In this document: positions 45,331 to 54,973 of the stretch, in pieces
Layout of the letters: each line of letters starts with the position of its first letter
Position numbering within the stretch: position 1 is the stretch's first letter
Assembly (NCBI GenBank): GCA_035533995.1
Contig: DATLSR010000038.1
Span: forward strand, 12,516 to 76,515
Direction: 5' to 3'
Origin: Acidimicrobiales bacterium
GTDB taxonomy: Bacteria > Actinomycetota > Acidimicrobiia > Acidimicrobiales > RAAP-2
DNA length: 64,000 nt
Position numbers and translations under genes: made by a program
Notes under the pieces: model-generated
What the model was told of the DNA's origin: nothing
The model's input: the letters and a program-made list of their open reading frames with translations, nothing else
Databases searched by the model: none

Positions 45331-46981
45331 CACGCTTCGCGTCACTTTTTTAGGCGGACTCGGCGAGATAGGACGCAACTGCGCCGCCTTAGAACAAGAC
45401 GGACGGATCGTGGTCGTCGACGCGGGGCTGATGTTTCCCGAGCCGACCATGTACGGCGTGGACCTTATTCTGCCCGACTTTCGGTGGTTGATCGAGCGCC
45501 GGGACCGAGTGGACGCGATCGTCCTCACGCACGGCCACGAAGACCACACCGGTGCTCTGCGCTACCTCGTAAAGGACGTTAACGTTCCGATCTACGGATC
45601 GGCCCTGACGTTGGGATTCGCGCGTCATCGCCTCACTGAGGCCAAGGTCGCGAAGGATCTCACTTTCATTGAGGTCGCCGACGGCGAGCGCCGACGCATT
45701 GGACCCTTCGAGGTTGAGTTCATACCCGTCACCCACTCGGTGCCGAGCGCGCACGCGTTGGCCTTTCACACCAAGGTCGGCATCGTGGTGCACTCGGGTG
45801 ACTTCAAACTTGATCTCACGCCAATCGATGGGCGACGCACGGACATTAATCGTCTCGCGGCGTTAGGCGACGAAGGCGTAGCCCTGCTGCTCGCCGACTC
45901 CACGAACGCCGAAGAGCCCGGCTTCACGCCTTCTGAAGCCAGCGTGGGCGTGGTGCTACGTCGACTCTTTCTCGAGCGACCGGCGCGGCGAATGGTGGTG
46001 GCCTGTTTCGCCAGCCACATCCACCGCATTCAACAGATCGCCGACGTCGCCCATGACACACATCGCAAGATCGCCTTTATGGGTCGATCAATGGAGTCCA
46101 ATGTCAAGTTGGCGAGAAAACTTAATCTGCTGCGTGTTGATAGCGCCGACATTATTGACGTGGAGAACATCAGTCGCTTCGCGCCGGGCGAAGTGTGCGT
46201 TATCTGCACCGGGAGTCAGGGCGAACCCTTAGCCGTACTCTCGAAGCTCTCGCGCGGCGACGCTCGAAATTTCAAGGTCGGCGCGGACGACACGGTCATT
46301 CTCAGTTCACACCCCATCCCGGGCAACGAGTGGTCGGTCGGGCGAGTGATCGACGACCTGCACCGCGAAGCGACCGAAGTGATTCACTCGGGCCATGAGC
46401 TGGTGCACGCTTCGGGCCACGCGCGCCAAGGTGAGCTTCGTACCTATCAGCAACTGCTTCGGCCGAGGAACTTCGTGCCCGTACACGGTGAGTACCGTCA
46501 TATGGTCCATCACGCCGAACTGGCCGTCTCCATGGGTCTTAGTCAAAAGCACGTGTTGATCTGTGAAGACGGTGATCAAATTGAGATCAACGACAAGGGC
46601 ATCCATCGAGCGGGAAAGGTGCCGGCCGGCTTTCACTACATTGACGGCAGCGCTGGCGACCTCGATGAGCGTCCCCTCGAAGAGCGGCGGATGTTGGCCG
46701 AGTACGGCGTGCTGCTGATTTCGGCAGGCGTCGATCGATCGAGCGCCTCCATTGTCCAGCCGGTGACCATTAGCGCCCGGGGTTGGTTTGAGGGTTCGAG
46801 CGACGCCGACGTGCTGCTCAATCTCACGAGCGCCGTTCGCACCGCCCTCCAAGAGGCTCTCGCCGAGGGCAACCTCGACGCGGAGTCACTTTCGAAGGTG
46901 GCCCAGCGCGCGGCGGGACGACTTCTGGGTCAGCGTTATCGTCGCCAGCCCGTCGTCTTGCCGGCCGTCGTCGTTTTTTAG
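45323..46981 (+). CDS. rnj: Ribonuclease J
   Basis: Metallo-beta-lactamase motif THGHEDHTGAL, a beta-CASP domain and a C-terminal domain. 552 aa, downstream of dapA as in actinobacteria. Confidence 0.9.
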   Translation: MADTLRVTFLGGLGEIGRNCAALEQDGRIVVVDAGLMFPEPTMYGVDLILPDFRWLIERRDRVDAIVLTHGHEDHTGALRYLVKDVNVPIYGSALTLGFARHRLTEAKVAKDLTFIEVADGERRRIGPFEVEFIPVTHSVPSAHALAFHTKVGIVVHSGDFKLDLTPIDGRRTDINRLAALGDEGVALLLADSTNAEEPGFTPSEASVGVVLRRLFLERPARRMVVACFASHIHRIQQIADVAHDTHRKIAFMGRSMESNVKLARKLNLLRVDSADIIDVENISRFAPGEVCVICTGSQGEPLAVLSKLSRGDARNFKVGADDTVILSSHPIPGNEWSVGRVIDDLHREATEVIHSGHELVHASGHARQGELRTYQQLLRPRNFVPVHGEYRHMVHHAELAVSMGLSQKHVLICEDGDQIEINDKGIHRAGKVPAGFHYIDGSAGDLDERPLEERRMLAEYGVLLISAGVDRSSASIVQPVTISARGWFEGSSDADVLLNLTSAVRTALQEALAEGNLDAESLSKVAQRAAGRLLGQRYRRQPVVLPAVVVF

Positions 46982-47751
46982 GGCTCGGACTTCTCGGGTT
47001 CGCCGTGATCGGCGTTGCTGAGCCCGCTGCGCCAAAACGCTTTGTGGCTGATCTGGCCTTGGTTTAGTCCGCGATCGAGCAGCGCACTTTGCAGCGTGCG
47101 CATCACGTGAAACTCGCCAAAAAGATAGGCGTGGCCAACGTCGGGTGGCAGGGCGAAGGCGGCGAGACCACTCAAGAGGCCCGCTGGATCACTGGTCGCT
47201 CGCCCTCGACGGTCGACGAAGATGCCGGTCACCCCGAGACCCTCGTCGAACGTGGCAGTGAGCGCGTCATCGGCGGCGTCGATCTCAACGATGAAGATGG
47301 CGCGACCGGGTAGTTCAATACTCTCCGCCATTCGATAGAAGGCCGCGAAACCACTGACGTCGCCAACAAAAAGGTGCCAGTCGGCCAGTGGGTCGAGAGG
47401 AATCTTGCCGCGAGGGCCAATGACGTCCACGACGTCACCGGGTGTAGCGTCCTTGACCCACTTACTGCCGGGCCCTTCGTGGTCAATCGTGATCCAGAGG
47501 GAGAACGAATCATTCGCTTCGTCGAGACCCCGCACGCTGAAGCGTCGCCGAACTGCGCGACCCTGTGCGTCGTCCATACGAAGCATGACGTCGTTGCCCG
47601 GTACGCCGGCGAGAGTTGCTGCGTTGCCGCGCAGTACGACCTCGTAGACCGACGTACTGAGTTGAGTGGTGGCGACAACTTCACAGAGACTCGCCACCGC
47701 GCCTAGGCGGGTCGCGAGTTGTACAGAAGTGTCGTCGGGTTGCTTTGTCAC
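46978..47751 (-). CDS. Siderophore-interacting / FAD-binding reductase (SIP/ViuB family)
   Basis: FNR-like RRFSVR motif in the N-terminal FAD-binding domain and C-terminal HKAFWRSG. 257 aa. Confidence 0.75.
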   Translation of the reverse strand: MTKQPDDTSVQLATRLGAVASLCEVVATTQLSTSVYEVVLRGNAATLAGVPGNDVMLRMDDAQGRAVRRRFSVRGLDEANDSFSLWITIDHEGPGSKWVKDATPGDVVDVIGPRGKIPLDPLADWHLFVGDVSGFAAFYRMAESIELPGRAIFIVEIDAADDALTATFDEGLGVTGIFVDRRGRATSDPAGLLSGLAAFALPPDVGHAYLFGEFHVMRTLQSALLDRGLNQGQISHKAFWRSGLSNADHGEPEKSEP

Positions 47752-47801
47752 TACGACAGCCTAGGGGTGCGCGCCGGTGCTCTGGGGTGGCGGCCCCGAG
47801 G

Positions 47802-49469
47802 TCACGAGGTCGACTCTCCCTCTAAGAGCGCCACCGTGTGGGCGTCGATCGAGGCCTCGATCTCGTCGAGTTGGGCGAGGGTGGTTGAGTCCGGTCGACG
47901 TAGAGGATGGGGTTCGGCTCTGGCCTGGGCTAGCGAGCTTCGCGCGTTCGCCACCGCGCGCAGGGCGCTCCGTCTCAGTAAGTGGCGACGGATGACGTCG
48001 TCGCGCGAGGCTTCTCGGCCGTAGCGTTCCGAGGCGCTACGGGCTTTTTCGAGTTGTTGGGCCGGGCGTAGCGAGGGCGCCGTGGACCAAAGAAACAGGT
48101 CGAGTACGAGAACGATGGCCGCACCCAGGCCCGTGTCGATGATTCTTGGAGCCAGCAGGTATTTGTCGGTACCGAGGAGACTTAAGAAGACGAAGACGAT
48201 TGGTGTAAAGGTCACTACCGCCAGTACGTGGCTGCGCTTGACGGCCCACGGGACGGAAGCGGCCATCACGCAGGACAGCACAATGAGCGCCGTAAGGGAG
48301 TTACCAGTCCACGCGACGAATGCCGCGATGCCCACACCGATCACCGTTCCCACGGTACGAGCGAGTGCGCGGGTCATGACGGGACCGAGGTCGGGACGAA
48401 GAATGAACGCCACGCTGAGTGGGAGCCAGAATCCGTGGGAACCATCAAGGGCTTGGGCGATGAGGGTGCCGGCGACAATGGCCAGCGACAAGATGAGCGA
48501 GAAGCGAACGCGCTCGACGACGGGAAGTCGCGCCCGCGTTGACGCGCGCGACGAACCTCGAGGCGTCGAGGCCGGTAGTTGCGACGGATCGCTCAGAGCG
48601 AGGACGGAAGTGATCTTGGGATCGAGTCCCGAAAGCGTGCTAAAGCGAGACTGGAGATCTCGCAGAACGCCACTCGCCTCAACTCCTGACGTGTGACGAA
48701 GGGCGCTGGCAATCTCGCGAACGGCGGCGGGCACTTCTGGATCGACGTCAAGGCCTTTCCCTTCGAGATACGACACAACTTCGCCGCTGCGCAACGCGAC
48801 AATGAGGCTCTGGCGCAGTGCGATCTCTTCGGCACTGCCGGAGCGGAGTCGACTACTTCCAACGACGTCCTGGGCCGCGTCGAGACTGACGACGGCCTTC
48901 GCGCGCACGACGTAGAAGTGTGGCGTGCCAACGGCTTCTACGAGATCGGCCAACGCGTCAAAGGCGTAGGCGAGAAAAATCCGTTGGTTCGAGAGACGCC
49001 GTCGGTAATCAGTGAGCGCCGCGACGAAGTACACCAACATTGCGCCGAGAAAGAGTGCTACGCAGGACTGCCAGACTTTTCCGCTGAACTGAAGTCCGGC
49101 ACCGACGATGGTCCCAATAAGGAGGTACGCGCCTGGCGTGGCCCAGTTGGAGGCTTCGACGAATCCCGCAGCCAGTGCCATCACGCCAAAGAGCACCGTC
49201 AGAGCCCACTCGGCGCTGTCAAAACCAATGAAGGCCGCGCCTACGGTTGCGCCCGTGCCGGCCGCCACCGCGACCCACAGCAGTCGAGGTCCTCGTACTC
49301 GCCATTCGTCCAAGCCGTCTTGACTGATGGCCCACAGGGCGCCGATGCTAAAGACAATGGCGTAGTAGCGCTGATTAATGATGAGACCGACAATGAGTGG
49401 TGCGCTGAGGCAAAACGCCGCGCGAACGGAGAGACGAATCTGGGGTGCGCTATTGGAAAAACGACTCAC
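47802..49469 (-). CDS. FUSC/YccS-like duplicated integral membrane protein (putative efflux component)
   Basis: Two hydrophobic blocks of about 5-6 TM helices each are separated and followed by soluble helical regions, which is the architecture typical of fusaric-acid-resistance-like proteins. The family call rests on topology only. Confidence 0.5.
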   Translation of the reverse strand: MSRFSNSAPQIRLSVRAAFCLSAPLIVGLIINQRYYAIVFSIGALWAISQDGLDEWRVRGPRLLWVAVAAGTGATVGAAFIGFDSAEWALTVLFGVMALAAGFVEASNWATPGAYLLIGTIVGAGLQFSGKVWQSCVALFLGAMLVYFVAALTDYRRRLSNQRIFLAYAFDALADLVEAVGTPHFYVVRAKAVVSLDAAQDVVGSSRLRSGSAEEIALRQSLIVALRSGEVVSYLEGKGLDVDPEVPAAVREIASALRHTSGVEASGVLRDLQSRFSTLSGLDPKITSVLALSDPSQLPASTPRGSSRASTRARLPVVERVRFSLILSLAIVAGTLIAQALDGSHGFWLPLSVAFILRPDLGPVMTRALARTVGTVIGVGIAAFVAWTGNSLTALIVLSCVMAASVPWAVKRSHVLAVVTFTPIVFVFLSLLGTDKYLLAPRIIDTGLGAAIVLVLDLFLWSTAPSLRPAQQLEKARSASERYGREASRDDVIRRHLLRRSALRAVANARSSLAQARAEPHPLRRPDSTTLAQLDEIEASIDAHTVALLEGESTS

Positions 49470-49672
49470 CGCGTGAGAGACGGTGTTCGATAGATGACCG
49501 TGTTTGGGGTCACAAAATGACCGAACTTCGTGTCGAGACCGTGCTCTGGTCCAGCGCAGCGTGCGAACACGACGTCATCCTAAGTCGGGTCTTTGCGCAG
49601 AGTCGAGCGTTAAGTGAGCGAATCGTCCGATTGGCCTCTAAGAACAACGAGTCGTTAGTAAGTTAGAGGGTT

Positions 49673-52009
49673 GTGGCACAGGCGCGACACCAGAAAAAGC
49701 CGGTAAAAAAGACGGCCAAGCGTGCTCGGGGGACGGGTGCGCCGTCGGAGAGTTCGAACGTCTGGCAACGCCACCAACGCGATCTATGGATCGTGGCTCT
49801 CGTCGTCGTCGGACTCTTCGTTGCCCTCGCCGAAGCGGGGGCGCTCGGCCCCGTTGGCCGGGCGATTTCCCGGGCACTTTCAGATATTTTGGGCGTTGGC
49901 CGATTCGCGTTGGCGATCATTCTCCTCGCTCTGGGCGTCGCGCTCGTGTGGGGAAAGATTGAATTCGAGCGAGCTCGCGTCGGTTGGGGCGTGCTCCTTG
50001 GTCTGGTCTCGATAAGCGGCGTCGCTGATTTGGCGCGGGGACGACCGGGTGCGCACGCCACCACCAAAGTCTTGGGGCACGCGGGCGGCTGGTTAGGTGT
50101 CGCCGTAGGTGGTGGACTCGCGAAGGGGATCGGTGTCGCGGGTGCGCTCGTCGTGTTGCTCGCGATGTTCGTCATCGCGACGATGGTCGCCACTGGTATA
50201 GGTCTGCGAGCACTCTTTATTGGCATCGCTACGCTCTTGCGCGCGATCGGGCGTGTGCTCTCACGGTGGTGGACCAGTCGGCCGCAGCGTGACGTGCGTT
50301 ACCGCGACGATGATGATTCGAGCGTAACCGCGGCGACTCATGAAGTGCCACAAGAGCCCGAGCCTCTTGACTACGAGTTCTTGGAAGAGGAGTACGTCGA
50401 CGACGACTTCAACTACGTCGACGAGACGCCCGACGAAGTCGAGGCGCCTCCTGTGGTGCACCGAGAGCCGCCAAGAGTTGCGGCGCATGGCGCGTGGGAG
50501 CTGCCATCACTGTCGTTACTCCAGCGCACGAAGGATCAGAAGCTCGATCGTTCGTTTACCGACGCCGCGGGGGAAGAACTCGTCGACGCGCTCGCCGCGC
50601 ACGGCGTCGAGACGTCGCTGGTGGGTTACACCGTAGGTCCCACGGTGACGCGCTTTGAACTCGAACTGGGACCAGGCGTCAAGGTCTCTCGGGTCACGTC
50701 GTTGAATAAGGACATCGCCTACGCCATGGCGTCACCAGACGTGCGGATTCTGGCCCCCATCCCTGGTCGCTCGGCGATTGGTGTCGAAGTGCCCAATCGT
50801 CAGCGCTCTCTCGTCGCGCTTGGCGACGTCCTGGCCTCGGATGAGTCCATTGCCGCCACCCACCCACTCGACGTGCCGATTGGTCGCGATATTTCGGGCA
50901 AGACCGTCGTGGTCAATCTCGGTGAGATGCCCCACGTATTGATTTCGGGGGCCACCGGCGCCGGTAAGAGTTCGGCAATGAACTCGCTCATCACCGCGCT
51001 CGTCATGCGCGACACGCCTGACGATCTACGACTGTTGCTCATCGATCCAAAGCGCGTGGAGATGGGTCAGTACAACGATCTGCCTCACCTGCTCGCCCCG
51101 GTCGTCGTCGATCCGAAAAAGGCGGCTGGTGCGCTCGCGTGGGCCGTCAAGGAGATGGAGCGGCGCTACGATCTCCTCGCCGAGAGTGGCGCGCGCGATA
51201 TCACGAGTTATCAGCAGATGATCGCCAAGGGAGAGTTAGATCCCGGCCCGACGACGAGGGAGCTGGTCGGCGACGCCGTGGAGCGCGCGACGGGCCTTCC
51301 TTCGGACGCCGAGCCCGCGCCCGGCCCCGAGGAGCTTCCCTACATCGTCATCGTTGTCGATGAGTTGAATGACCTCATGATGGTGGCCGCGCGCGACGTG
51401 GAAGAGTCGGTCGTTCGCATTGCGCAGATGGCCCGCGCGGTTGGCATCCACTTGGTCCTCGCTACGCAGCGGCCCAGCGTCGACGTCATAACCGGTGTCA
51501 TTAAGGCGAACGTACCAAGTCGCATGGCCTTTGCGGTGTCGTCCCTGGCCGACAGCCGTGTCATCTTGGACCAAGCGGGAGCCGAGCGCTTAATCGGCAA
51601 GGGTGACATGCTGCTGGTCACCGCCTCGAGCAACATTGCGCGACGGCTTCAGTCGCCCTGGGTCTCTGAAGAGGAGGTTCGCCGCGTGGTTGAAGCGTGG
51701 CGCGCTCAGGGCGGACGTACGGAGACCGTCGTCGCGCTGGAGGTACCCCTTAGTCGCGGCGGTTCGTCAATGGGCGGAGGTACGGGTGACGACGACGACG
51801 AGATACTTCGTCAAGCTCGCGATCTCATCATTCGTACCCAGTCGGGCTCAACGTCGATGCTTCAGCGCAAGCTTCGAGTCGGCTTTGCTCGAGCTGGACG
51901 CATCATGGATCAGTTAGAAGAAGAGGGCGTGGTCGCCCCCGGTGACGGCTCCAAAGCTCGTAAGGTTCTCGTTTCGCCCGACGAGTACGACCAACGGACT
52001 TCGCTGTAG
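49673..52009 (+). CDS. ftsK: DNA translocase FtsK
   Basis: N-terminal TM helices, an acidic linker, a motor domain with Walker A GATGAGKS and Walker B IVVDEL, and a C-terminal winged-helix gamma domain (STSMLQRKLRVGFARAGRIMDQLE). Confidence 0.95.
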   Translation: MAQARHQKKPVKKTAKRARGTGAPSESSNVWQRHQRDLWIVALVVVGLFVALAEAGALGPVGRAISRALSDILGVGRFALAIILLALGVALVWGKIEFERARVGWGVLLGLVSISGVADLARGRPGAHATTKVLGHAGGWLGVAVGGGLAKGIGVAGALVVLLAMFVIATMVATGIGLRALFIGIATLLRAIGRVLSRWWTSRPQRDVRYRDDDDSSVTAATHEVPQEPEPLDYEFLEEEYVDDDFNYVDETPDEVEAPPVVHREPPRVAAHGAWELPSLSLLQRTKDQKLDRSFTDAAGEELVDALAAHGVETSLVGYTVGPTVTRFELELGPGVKVSRVTSLNKDIAYAMASPDVRILAPIPGRSAIGVEVPNRQRSLVALGDVLASDESIAATHPLDVPIGRDISGKTVVVNLGEMPHVLISGATGAGKSSAMNSLITALVMRDTPDDLRLLLIDPKRVEMGQYNDLPHLLAPVVVDPKKAAGALAWAVKEMERRYDLLAESGARDITSYQQMIAKGELDPGPTTRELVGDAVERATGLPSDAEPAPGPEELPYIVIVVDELNDLMMVAARDVEESVVRIAQMARAVGIHLVLATQRPSVDVITGVIKANVPSRMAFAVSSLADSRVILDQAGAERLIGKGDMLLVTASSNIARRLQSPWVSEEEVRRVVEAWRAQGGRTETVVALEVPLSRGGSSMGGGTGDDDDEILRQARDLIIRTQSGSTSMLQRKLRVGFARAGRIMDQLEEEGVVAPGDGSKARKVLVSPDEYDQRTSL

Positions 52010-52012
52010 TAC

Positions 52013-53236
52013 GTGTCGCGTCCATTTTCCTCTTGTCGTCAGGGCTTTCGGGGTCTCGTCACCCGTTTCGTAGGCATGTTGATGGGTTTAATCGTCGCGG
52101 CCGCACTGATTGTTGGTCTTCAACTACCACTGCTGCATCCACTCTCGACCGACAAGGTGAGTTTGGTTCGACTGACGTCGTCGAATACTTCCGCGGCCCT
52201 GGCCTGGCCTAGTGTTGGCTCGGCCGCGCTCGACATTCCCTCGCTCGGCGTGCTCGAGTCGCATCACGGCCAGGTAGTGCCCATCGCGAGTTTGACCAAA
52301 ATGATGACGGCCTACGTCGCACTGAAGACGCTACCGCTGAGCGTCGGAGCGACCGGTCCTTGTTACGTGGTGACGAACAGTGACGTGACGACCTACAACG
52401 AAATGGTAGTTCTCGACGAATCGAGTGTGCCCGTCGTGGCGGGCGAACAACTCTGTGAGATCGATCTGTTGAACGGTCTACTCGTGCACTCGGCCGGAAA
52501 CTACGCCTTGATGTTGGCCAACTTAGCGGCCGGTTCCATCACGAAGTTCATTTCCGAAATGAACCACGACGCGAAAGTGCTCGGTCTTCGCGGTACGCAC
52601 TACGCCGACGTCTCTGGATTCTCGCCCGAGTCAGTGTCCACCGCGCTCGATCAAGCCGTGCTCGCGACGTTGATAATGAAGTCGCCACTCGTGCGGTCGA
52701 TCGTTCTTCAACAGAGTGTGACCTTGCCCGTGGCCGGCGTCGTCGCCTCCTTCACGCCCTTTGTTGGATTCGACAACGTCATTGGTGTGAAGTCGGGTCG
52801 CACCTCTGAAGCCGGCGGGTGCGACGTCATGGCGATGACGTTTCAAGACGGTACGACCACTCGGGTGCTCTACGCCGTCGTGCTCGGGCAACAAGGTGGC
52901 GATCTCCTAGGTCCAGCCGGGAACGCGGCATTGGCTTTAGCGGACTCTGCGGTGTCGGACCGGCTGCACTACACCTTCGAAGCGAATCGTGCCGTCGGTG
53001 AACTGGGCTGGGACGGACGGCACGTTGCCTTTGGCATGACCCAGCGACGTGAAGTGTGGTGGTGGCCGGCACAAGTCCAACTGAGTGTGAAGATCTCGGT
53101 GCGTCGTTTTACCTCGGCCATTCACCGCGGTGAGGTCGTTGGTCACTTGGTTGTTCGCGGTGTCCAGCGGCACAGTTTCACGCTTCGAGCGCTCGGCAGT
53201 CTTTCGCCCCCCACACTTATCCAGCGCCTACGCTGA
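52013..53236 (+). CDS. D-alanyl-D-alanine carboxypeptidase (S11 family, low-molecular-weight PBP)
   Basis: N-terminal TM anchor. Motifs are SxxK in IASLTKMMT, SxN in HSAGNY, and KSG in GVKSGRT. Confidence 0.8.
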   Translation: MSRPFSSCRQGFRGLVTRFVGMLMGLIVAAALIVGLQLPLLHPLSTDKVSLVRLTSSNTSAALAWPSVGSAALDIPSLGVLESHHGQVVPIASLTKMMTAYVALKTLPLSVGATGPCYVVTNSDVTTYNEMVVLDESSVPVVAGEQLCEIDLLNGLLVHSAGNYALMLANLAAGSITKFISEMNHDAKVLGLRGTHYADVSGFSPESVSTALDQAVLATLIMKSPLVRSIVLQQSVTLPVAGVVASFTPFVGFDNVIGVKSGRTSEAGGCDVMAMTFQDGTTTRVLYAVVLGQQGGDLLGPAGNAALALADSAVSDRLHYTFEANRAVGELGWDGRHVAFGMTQRREVWWWPAQVQLSVKISVRRFTSAIHRGEVVGHLVVRGVQRHSFTLRALGSLSPPTLIQRLR

Positions 53237-53240
53237 CGAG

Positions 53241-54089
53241 ATGTTCGCGCGCGTTCCCGCCAGTTCAGCCAACCTCGGACCGGGTTTTGACACCTTGGCG
53301 GTAGCCCTCAGCCTCTACGTCGAGGTTTCTCTCGAGCTCGCCGACTCCTTCAGCATCGTGAGTGACGGCTGTGGCGCAGGTCAGTTTGACGATGAGCGAC
53401 ACCTTGGCGTTCAAGTAGCGAAGAGCATTTTGGGACACTCGAACTTTGCGATGACGGTTACTTCGTCGATTCCGCTCTCGCGCGGACTGGGATCGTCCGC
53501 GGCGCTCGCGGTCGCCGCGGCCGCGGCCGCCGAAGCTTCGAGTCCTCTTGAGGTGGGTGCCGAGATTGACGGGCACGCGGAGAACGCGGCGGCGTCAGTC
53601 TTGGGCGGCCTGGTGGTGGCGAGTATCTCCGCGCGAGAGGGCGTCATCGCGCGTCAACTGCCCCTCGACGACGCGTGGCGATTCGTTGTCGTCGTGCCCG
53701 AAGAACAACTCGCCACCAAAGACGCTCGGCGCGTGCTGCCCGTCCAGGTTCCTTTCGTTGACGCCGTACACAATCTGAACGCCATGGGACTGTTGATCGC
53801 CGGTCTGGCCAATCACCACGAGTTCGTCGCTTCAGCCATGGACGACTATTTGCATCAGCCCTATCGCAACGAACTGCTTTCTTTCGCCACGCCGTTGCTG
53901 GAGTTGCTGCGAGAAAGTGGTGCGGCCGCGTCGTGTTGGTCGGGGGCCGGTTCGGCGATGCTGGGACTGGTCACCAACGAGACGGCCAACGACGTAGCGA
54001 CCGCGGCCAAGATGTTTTTGCACGAACGTGCGCTGCCTGGTGAGGTTCACGTGCTCGACGTGGACCGCATTGGCCTGGTCACGCGTTGA
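53241..54089 (+). CDS. thrB: Homoserine kinase
   Basis: PASSANLGPGFD and the GHMP-kinase motif IPLSRGLGSSAA. ATG 53241 is preferred over the upstream start, which lies inside the previous gene. Confidence 0.9.
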   Translation: MFARVPASSANLGPGFDTLAVALSLYVEVSLELADSFSIVSDGCGAGQFDDERHLGVQVAKSILGHSNFAMTVTSSIPLSRGLGSSAALAVAAAAAAEASSPLEVGAEIDGHAENAAASVLGGLVVASISAREGVIARQLPLDDAWRFVVVVPEEQLATKDARRVLPVQVPFVDAVHNLNAMGLLIAGLANHHEFVASAMDDYLHQPYRNELLSFATPLLELLRESGAAASCWSGAGSAMLGLVTNETANDVATAAKMFLHERALPGEVHVLDVDRIGLVTR

Positions 54090-54964
54090 GTCAAACGCAA
54101 GCCACCCTCGACGACCGTACGTTGAGGGGCGCCGGTTTCATGTTGCTCGGGGCCACTTTGATCCAGTGGAGCGCCGCGATCGTGGAGCGCGTGTTTCCAG
54201 TCATCGGACCATCCGCGTCGAGCGCGTGGCGTTTCTTACTGGGCGCCGTGGTCCTGCTCGCTCTCACGAGACCGAACGTGCGCCACTGGACGAAACGACA
54301 GTGGATTGGCGCGCTGGCCCTGGGCGCGACGGTGGCGGTGATGAATCAATGTTTCTACCAAGCCATCGCGCGCATTCCCCTGGGGAGTGCCGTCGCCATT
54401 GAGTACTTGGGTCCCTTTTGCGTCGCGGCCTTTGGCAAGCGCAGTCCGAAGCATTTGGCTTTTGTGGGACTGGCCGGTGCGGGCGTCGTCGCGCTTACGC
54501 GACCGGGCAACGGCTTGAACGTAATCGGCGTGCTCTTCGCCTTCGGCGCCGGACTCGGTTGGGCCACGTACATCTTTGCGTCCAAGCGCGTCGGGGGCAC
54601 GACGAAGGGCTTTGGTGGACTCGCCGTGTCGATGTCGATCGCGGCCACGTTGACGTTGCCGTTCTCGATTGGTACGAGCGCCCGTCTCGTTGAGAGTCCG
54701 GAACTGTTACTTCGACTCTTGATCGTGGCGGTGATGGCTATCGTGTTGGGTTTTGGTGCTGAACTACAGGGCCTGCGCCGACTGAAACCCTCGATCGCTG
54801 GCGTCCTCTTGGCGGGCGATCCGGCGGTGGCTTTTCTCGTTGGTTGGCTCTTGTTGCACCAAGCCGTTCGACTCTGGGACATCGTGGGGCTGGCCTGTGT
54901 GGTGTTGGCTGGCGTGGGAGTGACCTACGACTCCTCGGTGAGTGAGAGCGAACTCGCTCAGTAG
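54086..54964 (+). CDS. EamA/DMT-family transporter, RhtA-like (possible threonine/homoserine exporter)
   Basis: About 10 TM segments in a duplicated EamA architecture. The N-terminal pattern LLGATLIQWSAAIVERVFPVIGPSASSAWRFLLGAVVLLAL resembles RhtA. The TTG start overlaps the thrB TGA (TTGA). Confidence 0.6.
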   Translation: MSQTQATLDDRTLRGAGFMLLGATLIQWSAAIVERVFPVIGPSASSAWRFLLGAVVLLALTRPNVRHWTKRQWIGALALGATVAVMNQCFYQAIARIPLGSAVAIEYLGPFCVAAFGKRSPKHLAFVGLAGAGVVALTRPGNGLNVIGVLFAFGAGLGWATYIFASKRVGGTTKGFGGLAVSMSIAATLTLPFSIGTSARLVESPELLLRLLIVAVMAIVLGFGAELQGLRRLKPSIAGVLLAGDPAVAFLVGWLLLHQAVRLWDIVGLACVVLAGVGVTYDSSVSESELAQ

Positions 54965-54973
54965 GCTTGAAGG

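Noticed and set aside
49445-49666. A 73-aa plus-strand ORF in the FUSC-ftsK spacer.
   Set aside because: Its 5' end overlaps the start of the divergent FUSC-like gene. It has no RBS and no recognisable domain, and its composition is unremarkable. It is most likely non-coding promoter/leader DNA for ftsK.
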